Shown here: positions 37,211 to 51,061 of the stretch, one piece after another
Layout: each line of letters opens with the position of its first letter
Position numbering within the stretch: the first letter of the stretch is position 1
Assembly: GCF_001194135.2 (NCBI RefSeq)
Contig: NC_068982.1
Location: 53,130,940 to 53,187,538, forward strand
Source of the DNA: Octopus bimaculoides
Taxonomy: Eukaryota
Length of the DNA: 56,599 bases
Direction: 5' to 3'
Translations under genes and position numbers: made by a program
The notes under the pieces: model-generated
The model's database searches: none
What the model saw: only the letters and a program-made list of their open reading frames with translations
Told to the model about the DNA's origin: nothing

Positions 37211-38155
37211 CATAAGCATGTAACAACATGTAACAATATATTAGTATCTGTATAAATATCAACATCAACATTATCAATATTGTCATGCAACACCATCACA
37301 ACCATGATCATATCATTAATAAGGCCATTCAGCAGGAATCCTCTACGACCTCAAAGCATAATATTGTCATCAATGTAGAACGTGTGAATAAGAATGGTCA
37401 CAGTTGGAATGCATCAGATTTAGGTGTTTCCGAACCTGGAATTACGGAGTAGCAGAATCGTTGAGGTATTTCTTTCGGCTTTTCTACATTCTGAGTTCAA
37501 ATCTTACTGATGTTAATTTTGCCCTTTGTCCTTCTGGTGTAAATAAATAAACTTTTCTATCAAGTCCTGGGATTGATGTAGTTGACTCACTCTCATTGAC
37601 CAAAATTGTTGGCCTTATACTTGAATTAAAATCAATTATGTACAAAAAAACGTTTTGAAAAACAGCCCCTTTAATTAAAAGGTTTTGGCGCAGGCTGTTT
37701 GGCACTTGAGGGTTTTCTTTTCCTCTTCTGTTCTCAATCATCTTTTGCTTATGAACCATTTTGATCCCTATTTTACTCGGATGGACTCTTATAGTCATTG
37801 GATGTTTTAAAAAAATCCTATTATGTTTTTTATACTTAAATATTATAAGGATTTATATAAAAAATTGTTAAAATTTTTGGGGTATTGTAGAAGTGTAATC
37901 GATTTATTACACATAAATTTTAATAACAAAATCTTATACGGACCCTTAAGTGCTATATGGACCCCAGTCGAGAAGCACTGATCTAGCTCCTATGACGTTC
38001 CTGCTTTCTTTCAAGAACATCGTCGATATTTAAGAAATATCCACAACAAGAACTCGGATGTGGTTTGTGTATTCCATTTGTAGTGTGCGTTCATATTTTT
38101 ATAGAATATTTTAACTCTCACTTTCACTGTCCATTTACTTCAACAGTGTGTAGTA

Positions 38156-38194
<39 letters not shown>

Positions 38195-38410
38195 NNNNNN
38201 NNNNNNNNNNNNNNNNNNNNNNNNNNNNNNNNNNNNNNNNNNNNNNNNNNNNNNNNNNNNNNNNNNNNNNNNNNNNNNNNNNNNNNNNNNNNNNNNNNNN
38301 NNNNNNNNNNNNNNNNNNNNNNNNNNNNNNNNNNNNNNNNNATTTATGATGGAGTGAAAGATTAAACAGACAAACATCAGGTATCGAGTCTGATTATGAC
38401 GTATTTATCG

Positions 38411-38873
38411 TGGCACTCCGTCGGTTACGACGACGAGGGTTCCAGTTGATCCGATCAATGGAACAGCCTGCTCGTGAAATTAACGTGCAAGTGGCTGAGC
38501 ATTCCACAGATACGTGTACACTTAACGTAGTTCCCGGGGGAGATTCAGCATGACACAGAGTGTGACAAGGCTGGCCCTTTGAAATACAGGTTCAAGAGAA
38601 ACAGGAAGAAAGAGTGAGAGAAAGTTGTGGTGAAAGAGTACAGCAGGGTTCGACACCGCCAGTCCCTGCCGAAGCCTCGTAAAGATTTAGGTGCTTTCGC
38701 TNNNNNNNNNNGAAAGAGTACAGCAGGGTTCGACACCGCCAGTCCCTGCCGAAGCCTCGTAAAGATTTAGGTGCTTTCGCTCAATAAATACTCATATCGC
38801 CCGGTCTGGGAATCGAGACCACGACCCTATGACGGCGAGTCCGCTGCCCTAACCACTGGGCCATTGCGCCTCC
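38411..38873 (-). mobile_element. SINE family 3 with TSD
   Basis: Reverse complement of 41771-42102; 13-bp TSD ATGACGTATTTAT at 38396-38408 and 38876-38888. Confidence 0.85.
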
Positions 38874-39240
38874 ACATGACGTATTTATATTAAAACAGCA
38901 TATAAGGAAATGCAACTATATAAATGTTTTTATATATATCACAGGAGGTCAGTAAAAATTCCCCTATCGGAGGAACCTAATAGTTGCGTTATAAATAGAC
39001 GGACTACAGGAAGAGGCTCAAAATGAAACAACTGTAAGGATCAATTTACACACCGTTTGTTTCTTGTCTTTCAATAACAAAGTTTTACTGGTGATAACTT
39101 TCTTCTAACTACCTAGTTATGTCATCAATACCATGGACTTACTTTCTGCTTTGTCTTGGAGCCTATCTGTGTACATCGCAAGTATTATGATCATCCCATA
39201 GTAGAACTTTTACTTATTTTCAGTTATTTATTCTCTTAAA

Positions 39241-39510
39241 AGCACTGGGGGGTCAATGTAATTGACTTAATCCCTTTGTCTGTCCTTGTTTGTCCCTTCA
39301 ATGTTTAGCCCCTTGTGGGCAATAAAGAAATAAGAAACGTTAGCACGCCGGGCGAAATGCTTAGCAGTATTTCGTCTGTCTTTATGTTCTGAGTTCAAAT
39401 TCCACCGAGGTTGACTTTGCCTTTCATCCTTTCGGGGGTCGATAAATTAAATACCAGGGACTGGCCCCCTTCTCCAAAATTTCGGGCCTTGTGCCTAAAG
39501 TAGAAAAAAT
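39241..39510 (+). mobile_element. Dimeric SINE family 2 derivative
   Basis: Tail ...GGGCAATAAAGAAATAAGAA is fused to a headless SINE2; the same junction occurs at 46264-46543. Confidence 0.65.
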
Positions 39511-40310
39511 ACTGTTTGTGTGTGTGTGTGTATGCATAAACACACACACTAATATATATTCATATGCATATACACGTATGTATCTCTGTCTGTCTGTCTG
39601 TCTGTCTGTCTCACTATTTGTATATATCTATATATATATACCCTTTCAGATCTAGTCTGCTGTATCGGTCATAGCCACCATCTTCCTACGTGTTCTAATT
39701 AAATGCAAATGAGTATAAGTAAAAATATACACACTATAATAAATAGAGAAAAAGAGAATCAAATGTCTGTTTAGATTAAAACTTGAACACAGAGGTTAAT
39801 GGCCCGGTTCGTGCTAGATCGTTCTGCACTATTTTTCCCCACTCTGTTGTTAATTTTATTTAGGTGTTTGTCACCTGTTAGTGATTGTTTTTGTCGTATG
39901 AACATAGCTGTTCTCTTGCGACTATGTTCTGAAATATAAGAAGTGGTGTGCACTTTTTTTTTATTAAATTGTATTAATAAAAAAAAACAACATTTTTTAG
40001 CATACACCAACAATTATTAATTTGCCATTATTCTTTGAAACATAAAACCGAGTGAAGCAAAATGCCAACATTGTGATTTCATGTACGGTGTGACACATAT
40101 TCAAATTGTTCTTTAAAAGCAAAAATATAATAAATATATGCAGCCTGCCCTACGCTTTGAGATATCTGTCAGCGTACCTATCGGGCTGCACACCAGTACC
40201 AAGCCGCAGACCAATACCAGTACCTGGCCATACAGAGAAAATATACTTTAAAATTTTATTCGCTTTTATTGACTAACGCAGTCTGCAATATGTTTTTGCA
40301 TTATATATAT

Positions 40311-40500
40311 GAGAGCTGGAAAGAATTGGTAGCACGCCGGGGAAAATGTTTAGCAGCGTTTCTTCGGGCTTTACGCTTTGAGTTCAAAATTCCTCCGAGG
40401 TCTACTTTGCTTTTCGGGGTCGATAAAATAAGTACTAGCGGAGTGTTGGGATCGATGTAAGCGGTTAGCCCCTTTCCTCAAAATGTCTGCCCTTGTACCT
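40311..40500 (+). mobile_element. SINE family 2
   Basis: GAGCTGGAAAGAATTGGTAGCACGCCGG head and GGGGTCGATAAAATAAGTAC core. Confidence 0.75.
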
Positions 40501-40552
40501 ATATACGTGGTTCACACACACACACACACATGTATAAAGAAGTAATATATAC

Positions 40553-40601
<49 letters not shown>

Positions 40602-41263
40602 CAAGTATGTGAGAAATGATATATATTATGCACTTAGCTTTGCTTTGCTATGCGCGTGATCTTTCAGTCCGTGGTGCAAAAAGGGTGGGTGGGTGCAGCT
40701 CTGCTTAGATCACTGGTGAACTGTAATAATTTAAGCCGAGAATCGAACCTTGATCGCAAACTCGGATTTTTAAGAGCTCTTTGCCTACGGGCGCGGTATC
40801 TCATATAACGTGTATCTGTTAATACTCAATAAAAATAAGGATATCAGGTGTAAATATGATGGCTTTTTAATGAAATGTGGATATGTTAGTTCGGCTCTAT
40901 CCGTTTACATTTCTTAAGTAGCCTACCTATTCTGTTTATCATTCTGAAGCTATCAGTTATATTCGTTTGTATTTTCTTTCAGTCACTCCTTCATTTTATT
41001 TATTTTATTTTGTTTTGTTTTCGCCGGCAAACATATGACCATATGTTTTATGCAGTGTATTTGTTAGTATTTCTCCATATGTGTGCCTCTGTGTGTGTGT
41101 GTGTGTGTGTGTGATTTTGTGTGTGTGAGAGAAGAATGTATGTGTGTGTATAATAAGCATACAGACACAAACACGCATAATTACATATACAGGGATATAT
41201 GTGTGTGTATATAAAAAGGAAACAAAGGGATTTAAAAAATCCAGGCATATATATATATATATG

Positions 41264-41359
<96 letters not shown>

Positions 41360-41770
41360 CAGACATATATTTTAGACACGCACATACAGAAACACACATA
41401 TGTATTTGCTTGAGGAAGGGTGTTTTTTTTGTGATTTTATGTGTACGCGTGCCTGCTTGCGTGTATATATATGTGTGTGTATATATGAGTGTGCGAGTGT
41501 GTGTGTGTGTGTGTGTATGCACGCATATCTGCGTGTGCCACGTATGTGTGTGTGCGTGCGTGTTTATAAGTGTCTTGTAGTTTGTCTGACAGCCTGTCAT
41601 ATTTTATGTACAATGTAAATGAGCAGTACTGATTAAAGATGGTATAGTATTTAGTGTAATCTCATATGCGACTATGTCAAAAGCTAGTTCAATGAAGACA
41701 ACTTTCCACATTCAATGAATGTCGTCAAATTGATAATATTGTAATAATGTTATGTATATTACGAAACAGC

Positions 41771-42102
41771 GGAGGCGCAATGGCCCAGTGGTTGTGGCAG
41801 CGGATTCGTGGTCGTAGGATCGCGGTTTCGATTTTCAGACCGGGCGTTGTGAGTGCTCCACGAGGCTCCGGCAAGGGGTGTTGTGGCGAACCCTGCCGTA
41901 TTCTTTCACCAGAACTTTCTCTCACTCTTTCTTTCTTCCTGTTTCTGTTGTACCTGTATTTCAAAGGGGCTAGCTTTGTCACACTCTATGTCACGCTGAA
42001 TCTCCCCGAGAACTAAGTTAAGGGTACACGTGTCTGTGGAGTGCTCAGCCACTTGCACGTTAATTTCACGAGCAGGCTGTTCCGTTGATCGACGGAGTGC
42101 CA
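41771..42102 (+). mobile_element. SINE family 3
   Basis: tRNA-like head GGAGGCGCAATGGCCCAGTGG...GGTTTCGATT; tail GACGGAGTGCCAACAAC. Confidence 0.85.
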
Positions 42103-42426
42103 ACAACAACAAAATTACGAAACAGCTTGACTTAACTATCCCCAGCAACACACATGACACGTTCGGTGGACGAATGGAATGTTCAACAAATTTTTTAAAA
42201 ATTGCTGTTTCATCTTAATTTTATATTTGAAACCTCATTTTTATCCATACAAAAAATTAGAGCTTAATTAACACAATTTCGCATCGAAATTTATGTTGGA
42301 TGGTCGGTGATAAAAAAGCGAGGGGTGAATACAGCGGATTGCAAGTGTTGTAGAGACAAATACCCGCTGAAGAAAATGAAATCTATAAACTAGTTATAAA
42401 AAAAAGTTCCGGAGCCCGGATCAGGC

Positions 42427-42938
42427 GATTCTCGCCTGCCAACGATATACCCATGTGTGCTTTAATATCCCGTGCCTTCTTATGAGAGATCCTCTCAAGA
42501 TAAATAACGCAATATCTAGCGTCCTAACAATACATCCACGTTAAGTTAGATATAAAGATGGGCTTTGTGTATTAATACTGTTTCTGTCGCAAATAATAAT
42601 TTTCGACAAGTCAACTGATTATGTGCGACATCAGTGCCTGAAAAGACACTGAAATTCTGTATATTGTTGGCAGTGAGATTCCGCTGGCATACGGCTACCG
42701 GACGTCTGCCAGTGAGGAGGTCGGATAGGTCGAGATCACGTGACCTGGAAATTTTGGCACCCGCAGCAGAAGATTCTCGCCTGCCAACGATATAAATATG
42801 TGTGCTTTTATGCACTCTGCATCCATATGAGAGGTACTATCAAGGTAAATTACGCAGTAGTCAGCGTTCTAAAAAAAAAACAAGCACGTTAAGTTGGATA
42901 TAAAGATTGCCTTTTGGTACTGATATTGTTTCTGTCGC
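42427..42938. repeat. Diverged ~165-bp direct repeat, period 345
   Basis: GATTCTCGCCTGCCAACGATATA...TTTCTGTCGC at 42427-42590 and 42772-42938. Confidence 0.8.
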
Positions 42939-43847
42939 TAACAATAAAAATAAATTCCAATTGTCATCGTGTTTTAAAACATCAATAGTTATTACACTCT
43001 AATAGCATTCAGATTTGTAAATAATTCACTTACAAAAAAATATGAAGCTAAAACATCAATATTCTTTGGAAAATTTTAAACGGTTTTTGTGTTAAGTTTG
43101 TAAAATGTCGAATATCCACTTCCTGCACCGAACGCATCATGTGATCGTATATTCATTTCAGTGTTCTTACGAATCCTTCTCTTTTTATTATTTATTTCTT
43201 CCTCTCTTTATCGTTTGTTCTTTCAACGTACATTTGTATACGGTTTTCTATATGATTGATGTAAGTCAGGCGATGATCTAAATAAACTAATTTTGGTTAC
43301 TCTAGAGACTAAACTTATTGCATGTTGTTACTTCTTTGAATGATGGTAGAATATAGGAAGCCTTTTATTTTGGTAAGCCGTAATAATATGGTGACATTCT
43401 TTGAATGTGGAAAGAGGAATTTGCAAATCTCAACGGGAAATTAAAATGACCGTTGCAGGTGCAAGGAAGTATTACCCTCCCCCCCCCAAAAAAAAGAAAA
43501 TTAGCTACCACTACAACCACTACTATAAGCCAACCGTCTGTGTATAACAGGTGCAGATCTGCAGTGTTTTTGAAGCTACAAGTAAGAAATATGCGTTAGC
43601 TTTAGTGTCAACTGTGATACAGGATAGCTTAACTGGTATACCTGCTGTTGCAGCGTCTTCTTATGTTGTGTGTAGTTGGGCCAAGTAGATCAGCTGTAAC
43701 ATGATACATCGTGTCAGCACTGGCGTCTTTCCTTTCCAGGTGACTAGCCATTTGCTGGAAGTTAATAGCCCCTGCCGCCTGATGCCTGAAGGAGTTTGCT
43801 TGGTGATGATTACACAAAGATACCTCAACGCTCACTCGCACGCACAC

Positions 43848-43879
<32 letters not shown>

Positions 43880-44684
43880 GAGCATATATATATATATATG
43901 TAGATGCGACTATATGAATGCCTGTATGTGTGATTATATCTATACGAATGTGTGAGGAACTACATGTAAGTGTATGTATGCGCGTATGTGTGTGGTGTAT
44001 GTTTGCGTTTGCAAGGGTTTACAAATACATGCACAGATGCTAAGGCTCTTCGTTCGTTCATGTAAGAACTTAACGGAGATCTAATATTACATTACTAAAC
44101 AGGCGAAATACAATCATAAGACTGGGGGTAAGGTTACATTATTTTATTATACAAACTAACCCCGAGGGATGAGAAGATATGATAGGTTATTCTAATGTTT
44201 TACACAAAGGAACACAAAAGGAAATCCTAAATATAAAGAAGAGAATATCGAATTCTTATCTTTCAATATGGTGAATCGGCAGGATCATTAGAACGTTGGA
44301 AAAATGTCATGCAATATTTGTTCTGAGTTCAAATCCCGCATCCCGCTGAGACGAATTTATCTTTCATCCTTTTTTGGGGGGGGGGGAGGATCAATAAAAT
44401 AAGTACAAGTCAAATAGTAAGATCAGTGTAATCGATTATACCACTCTCCTCAAATTTTTGGCCTGTGACTATAATTAAACGATTAAGGGTCAGTGGATTA
44501 GCAGAATTGCTAGAGCGTCAGTATTTCTTACGCCTCAAGTTCAAATTCCGCCAATGTCATCTTTGTCTTTCATCGATCCAGAGTAGTTTAACTGCATCAA
44601 TCATAGATGTAAACATGTTTTTGACAAAAAAGAAAAAAAGAATAAAAGATAAAAAGCCGAATATATATATGAATCTAGGACATT

Positions 44685-44845
44685 GATCCCCATGGACAAT
44701 AACCCCACCAAGGACAACAGATGACTATTTAAAACTTATTAATATATTGGAGAGGGGGTAATTAACCAAGTGTGGGGGGATAGTTGTGGTCGGGGGAATT
44801 ATCCTATGGGGAGGTAATTGTCCTAGGGGGTAATTGTCCTGATAT
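44685..44845. mobile_element. Small MITE with GGACAATTACCCCC-type repeats
   Basis: GGACAATAACCCCACCAAGGACAA is inverted as TTGTCCTAGGGGGTAATTGTCC. Confidence 0.55.
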
Positions 44846-45419
44846 GATATATATATATATATATATATATANNNNNNNNNNNNNNNNNNNNNNNNNNNNN
44901 NNNNNNNNNNNNNNNNNNNNNNNNNNNNNNNNNNNNNNNNNNNNNNNNNNNNNNNNNNNNNNNNNNNNNNNNNNNNNNNNNNNNNNNNNNNNNNNNNNNN
45001 NNNNNNNNNNNNNNNNNNNNNNNNNNNNNNNNNNNNNNNNNNNNNNNNNNNNNNNNNNNNNNNNNNNNNNNNNNNNNNNNNNNNNNNNNNNNNNNNNNNN
45101 NNNNNNNNNNNNNNNNNNNNNNNNNNNNNNNNNNNNNNNNNNNNNNNNNNNNNNNNNNNNNNNNNNNNNNNNNNNNNNNNNNNNNNNNNNNNNNNNNNNN
45201 NNNNNNNNNNNNNNNNNNNNNNNNNNNNNNNNNNNNNNNNNNNNNNNNNNNNNNNNNNNNNNNNNNNNNNNNNNNNNNNNNNNNNNNNNNNNNNNNNNNN
45301 NNNNNNNNNNNNNNNNNNNNNNNNNNNNNNNNNNNNNNNNNNNNTAATATCATTAAAAGTAAGAGAAATTTATTTTAACTCAAATCTTGAAATATTCTAA
45401 GTTCAGAGTTTAGGAAAAA

Positions 45420-45420
<1 letters not shown>

Positions 45421-45496
<76 letters not shown>

Positions 45497-46541
45497 GTGA
45501 GGCAGAGAGCTAGCAGAATCGTTAACACGCCAGACAAAATGCTTAACCGTATTTCGTCCGGTTTTACGTTGTGCTCAAATTTTCCCGAGGTCGACCTCGC
45601 CTTTCATCCTTTCGGGATCGATAAAATAAGTATCAGTTGAAGTCTGGATCGATGTAATCGACTTACCCCTTACCCCAAAACATTGCAGCCATGTGCCTAT
45701 AGTAGAAAGTATTATTATTATTATCATAACACGGCGAGCTGGCAGAATCGCTAGCACGCCGAACTAAAAACTTAGCTGCATTTTGTCCGTCCTTACGTTC
45801 TAACTTCAAATTCCGTCGAGGTGACTTTGATTTTCATCCTTTCGGGGACGAAGGAATAAATACAACTTAAGTTCTAGGGTCGATGTAATCGACTAGCCAC
45901 TCCATCAAAATGTTAGGCCTTGTGTCGATAGTAAGAATGATTATTATTATTATTATTATTATCTATATTTTTAAGGCAGCGAGCTGGAAGAGTCGTTAGC
46001 TCGCCGGGCGAAATGCTTAGCCGCATTTCGTCTGTCGCTACGTTTTGAGTTCAAATTTCGCTGAAGCCGACTTTGCCTTTCATTCTTTCAAAGTTGATAA
46101 ATTAAATATCAGTTGAGTACTGAGGTCGATATAATCGATTCACCCCTCCTCCANNNNNNNNNNNNNNNNNNNNNNNNNNNNNNNNNNNNNNNNNNNNNNN
46201 NNNNNNNNNNNNNNNNNNNNNNNNNNNNNNNNNNNNNNNNNNNNNNNNNNNNNNNNNNNNNNNTACCAGTTACGCACGGGGGTTTATGTAATCGACTTAA
46301 TCCCTTTGTCTGTCCTTGTTTGTCCGCTCTATGTTTAGCTCCTTGTGGGCAATAAAGAAATAAGAATCATTAGCCCGCTAGACAAAAAGCTTCGCGGTAT
46401 TTTGCCCGTCGTTACATTCTGAGTTCAAATTCCGCCGAGGTCGACTTTGCCTTTCATCTTTTAGTACTAGTGAATTAAGTACTAGTGAAACATTGGGGCC
46501 GATTTAATCCTCTCACCGAAATTTCAGACCTTGTAGAAAGG

Positions 46542-46607
<66 letters not shown>

Positions 46608-46620
46608 GTTGTTGTTGTTG
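45421..46620 (+). mobile_element. Head-to-tail array of SINE family 2 copies separated by (ATT)n
   Basis: Units start at about 45498, 45730, 45973 and 46366; (ATT)n at 45421-45497, about 45715, about 45940 and 46544-46610. Confidence 0.8.
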
Positions 46621-47701
46621 TTTTGGCTGTGGTTAAAGATTAAACGGAAATAGACTAGAGTCTCACAGAAATCCCATAGTTTTGAAATTATGAATATGAG
46701 CATGTCTGTTAATATTATTCTAGCTCCAGTTTCTTTGTAGCAGGTATCTCAAACTGTATTTACGTCTTTTGTAGCAGATATCTCGAACTGTATTTACTTG
46801 CGCCGGGCATTTTCCCTTCTAATCTCTCTTCTAATAGCTAACACACGAAGCAATCCACCTGTGTAAAATAACATGGCCATGGTATAGGCTTTCTCTCTGT
46901 AGAATTCACTTCCTGTACATGTTTCTTTTCTTTAATATCTCGCCTGTACAAATGTAAAAACAATGTTAGCGGCAAAAAGAACTAATTTAGTCCAACAACT
47001 TTGAGCCATTTTTCGCTCCAGGCGGTCCTTTATGGACTATTGACCAAGCTCCTCTTTTACATGAATGGTTTGTAGAAAAAACGTCATCCTTTACAGATGT
47101 TTTATGCAAAAATGACTACACAGAAACGTTTACATGTCTTTCCCTTAGTAAATACATAAGGGATATTAGCAAGACGGGTCGAAACGACCGCTGTACAAAA
47201 TAAAGATTAATACCAAATCCGTCTTCTGGTTACTTAAGAAATTATTATCATCTCAACTAACACTGCGGAGTTCTTGAAGTAGATCCAACGGTAATATACC
47301 TCGACAACGGATCACACCAGATAGCCCAAACTGTGCCAGTGCTCTACTCAACACTTCAACACACTAGTCCAAAATAATAAAGATATATGTATGGTAAATG
47401 AAAGACGGAAGATGGACGATACGGGAATTTTTATTAATCACAATTGTTTCGACACATCTACCATCGATCCTTCACGGGTGGGATACTTAACTATTGCAGG
47501 AGCATCCGACGGTGCAGATGTGTCTTTTCGGGTGATAAATAGATATAACACGTTAAAATAATAGTTCCGTAATGTATCTTCTTATTTCGTGTAAAGAAAA
47601 GCAGCAAAACAAAGGATATATCTTCATTTATATAGATCAAAAATAAAATAACAGATGCAAAAATGAAACGAACACGCAATACAAAGAGAAAAGTATTAAG
47701 A

Positions 47702-48961
47702 ACTAGCAGAAATACCCGGCTTTGCCCGGGTTAAAGAGAATAATGAAATCTAAAAACGCCGTCTAGACTACGCAACCCTCAACTGTTAGTAGCTACGATA
47801 CCATATTTCTACATTAATAACTCTCCAATCCATGCCAGCATGGAACATAGACATTAAGTGGAATGCCAGTCTCTCATCTAGGAGGGCCTTGAAATCAATG
47901 TTACCAACTGGGTACTATGTGTGTCGTAGTGATAATAAAAAGACCCAAAGGAGGTCTGCAACGAAATAATTTTACTCAACACTTTGCAAGTGAATCAGTG
48001 GAGGCAAAGATGCGTCTCATTTACTTGACAATTTATGCACCACATTGCAGAAATCACNNNNNNNNNNNNNNNNNNNNNNNNNNNNNNNNNNNNNNNNNNN
48101 NNNNNNNNNNNNNNNNNNNNNNNNNNNNNNNNNNNNNNNNNNNNNNNNNNNNNNNNNNNNNNNNNNNNNNNNNNNNNNNNNNNNNNNNNNNNNNNNNNNN
48201 NNNNNNNNNNNNNNNNNNNNNNNNNNNNNNNNNNNNNNNNNNNNNNNNNNNNNNNNNNNNNNNNNNNNNNNNNNNNNNNNNNNNNNNNNNNNNNNNNNNN
48301 NNNNNNNNNNNNNNNNNNNNNNNNNNNNNNNNNNNNNNNNNNNNNNNNNNNNNNNNNNNNNNNNNNNNNNNNNNNNNNNNNNNNNNNNNNNNNNNNNNNN
48401 NNNNNNNNNNNNNNNNNNNNNNNNNNNNNNNNNNNNNNNNNNNNNNNNNNNNNNNNNNNNNNNNNNNNNNNNNNNNNNNNNNNNNNNNNNNNNNNNNNNN
48501 NNNNNNNNNNNNNNNNNNNNNNNNNNNNNNNNNNNNNNNNNNNNNNNNNNNNNNNNNNNNNNNNNNNNNNNNNNNNNNNNNNNNNNNNNNNNNNNNNNNN
48601 NNNNNNNNNNNNNNNNNNNNNNNNNNNNNNNNNNNNNNNNNNNNNNNNNNNNNNNNNNNNNNNNNNNNNNNNNNNNNNNNNNNNNNNNNNNNNNNNNNNN
48701 NNNNNNNNNNNNNNNNNNNNNNNNNNNNNNNNTTAGTAGAATAGTTTCATTTTTAAAGTGAAAGTATTTGACATGAGTGTTTTTGTTTCACTTTTGACAC
48801 GTAATACTTAAATAGTGTAGGAGATATTATGTTGCTGTGGGCTCGAACTCTGGAAGAAGTTAAAATTTTTTTTTTACTAAAACACAACTGGAACCCTAAG
48901 TAAGGCATCTGTAAAATTTGAATGAAATTGGTTGCGTAGTTCTCGAGTTTTAGGGATTCAC

Positions 48962-48992
<31 letters not shown>

Positions 48993-49023
48993 CACACACA
49001 TTCTCATTTTTATATATATAGAT
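47702..49023 (+). mobile_element. Helentron-associated element (HINE/DINE-1-like) spanning a gap
   Basis: 5' ACTAGCAGAAATACCCGGCTTTGCCCGGG; 3' AAATTTGAATGAAATTGG...(ACAG)n...TTTTATATATATAGAT. That the two ends belong to one element across the gap is assumed. Confidence 0.7.
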
Positions 49024-50139
49024 AACCGTTAGCAGATAAGGATGTGTAAACGTTCTCGCGCAAGTTTGGTGCGCATGTACACTCGTTCATACAAGCATAC
49101 ACGAAGGTGTAAGCAAACGCACACGTGTGGTTTGGTGCACACACGTTCACATAACGAATTAAAAAGTTACACACGTGCATGTGTATATATATATATATAC
49201 ATTATCCAAGAGCACGTATGTCTGAAAAGATTAATTGAATGCGCTCACACACAATAATAAAAAAAAACTTCTTCCAGAAAGGTTAGTGACATTGGGTTAA
49301 AAGATTTTATAACTGATTTAAAAAAATATTCCCTTTATACTTAAAAAACTGTATTGACTAATTTTCACAAAGACTTTCAAATAAATACATGCATATANNN
49401 NNNNNNNNNNNNNNNNNNNNNNNNNNNNNNNNNNNNNNNNNNNNNNNNNNNNNNNNNNNNNNNNNNNNNNNNNNNNNNNNNNNNNNNNNNNNNNNNNNNN
49501 NNNNNNNNNNNNNNNNNNNNNNNNNNNNNNNNNNNNNNNNNNNNNNNNNNNNNNNNNNNNNNNNNNNNNNNNNNNNNNNNNNNTATATATATATATATAT
49601 GAACAGGATAATGGCTACTACGTAATTTGTGAAATTCGAAAATGTAATTATTCTGAATTTAATTACCGAATGAAGTTGCATATTTTAGCAAATTAGTATG
49701 GCTAATTCTGTGTGTAAACATCAACTATAAATAATTCCACGCTTCGGCGATAACGCTAAATTTCGAGCTGATTCAGAATCTAAATCACTTGACTGGAAGC
49801 TCCGTTAAGTCTCATTTAATAATTATGCTTCTTTATTTCCTTATTGGAAGATACCTCGCGTGAGCTTCCGTTTTCATGGTAAACGCTCTCAGTCTCAATG
49901 AGAGCGCCAAATAAAGTCGCTTATATACCGTATTTCCTGAACTTTCCATTCTCTATAGCCTGCAATTTAAAATAGAATACACATAGAATTAAATAACCAG
50001 ATAAAATAAAGCAAGACCTTTTTCAAATAACAATTGCTCTATTCACTTCTTATGTAAACTGCATAACGGTTGTATAACGATTCTTTGAACCTTTTTTTTT
50101 ATCGTTTTCTTGTCTTTTTAGGAATATGAAATTACTAGG

Positions 50140-50415
50140 AAGAGTGGATTCCCAATTCCTTCGCTTCCACCCCTTTTAGTCGCCTCTTACACCACGCAGA
50201 GAATTCGGCAACTGTATTCTACCGATCCCCACCCCACCCCAGTCGCAGCGGGGTTTGCTAGTTAACCCATACCTGGGACCGTTACAGGTGCTACCACTCC
50301 GGGCCAGAGTAGAACTGGGAACAATAGTGGCTTAGATGTGGTTCCACACTCCACAAACCCTGAAACCAGGGCCCCAGGGTCCCACTACCGGATGTTGTTT
50401 ATAGTTATACCCAGG
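50140..50415. mobile_element. Retroposon tail fragments, RTE-like
   Basis: CCCTTTTAGTCGCCTCTTAC motif typical of RTE 3' ends. Confidence 0.4.
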
Positions 50416-50594
50416 ACTTTCAATAGTTGCTCATGTTTATTATAATATAATTAGAATTCAAAGCATACAAAAGCATAACACTTGGATTCCAAGAAGAGTG
50501 AATGCTTAAGCTAAGGTTCATGGATAGGTAACAGATAGAGTCAACTTTATTTGGCACTTTCCAAAAAGGGTCGTTCTATTCCTTCCAGCACCAT

Positions 50595-50757
50595 AGGTGC
50601 AGGCATAGCTGTGTGGTCAAGATGCAATTCTCCACCTCACATCTATAACCACGTCATTTTGGGGTCAGTCCCATCTTAAGCAAATCTACTATGGACTAAA
50701 TCAACGCTTTGTGGATGAATCTGGTTGACGGAAACTGTGTGGAAGCCTGTCATTTAT

Positions 50758-50834
<77 letters not shown>

Positions 50835-50837
50835 TAC

Positions 50838-50871
<34 letters not shown>

Positions 50872-51061
50872 CAATATGCGTGTTTTTCCCTTGTTTCTCT
50901 ACTGCTTAGCAGCCGGTATTCGTTTGCTTACGTCCCCGAAGCTAGCGGTTCGGCAAAAGAAGAAAAATTATCAGGCTTCAAATAAGTACTGGGATCGATC
51001 TGTACGATGAAAAACTCTTCAAGGCTGTGCCCCAGCATGGCTACTGTTCTGTGACTGAAAC
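50595..51061 (+). mobile_element. Degenerate SINE family 1
   Basis: Recognisable head, ACGGAAACTG body and CCAGCATGGC...GACTGAAAC tail. Confidence 0.7.

Noticed and set aside
38633-38781. Identical ~69-bp direct repeat on both sides of a 10-N gap
   Set aside because: Unmerged contig overlap; the other family copy (41771-42102) has this segment once.
43629-43847. GC-richer 72-codon minus ORF with a possible CAG/GTATAC donor
   Set aside because: No convincing acceptor or recognisable domain; cannot be supported as an exon without RNA data.
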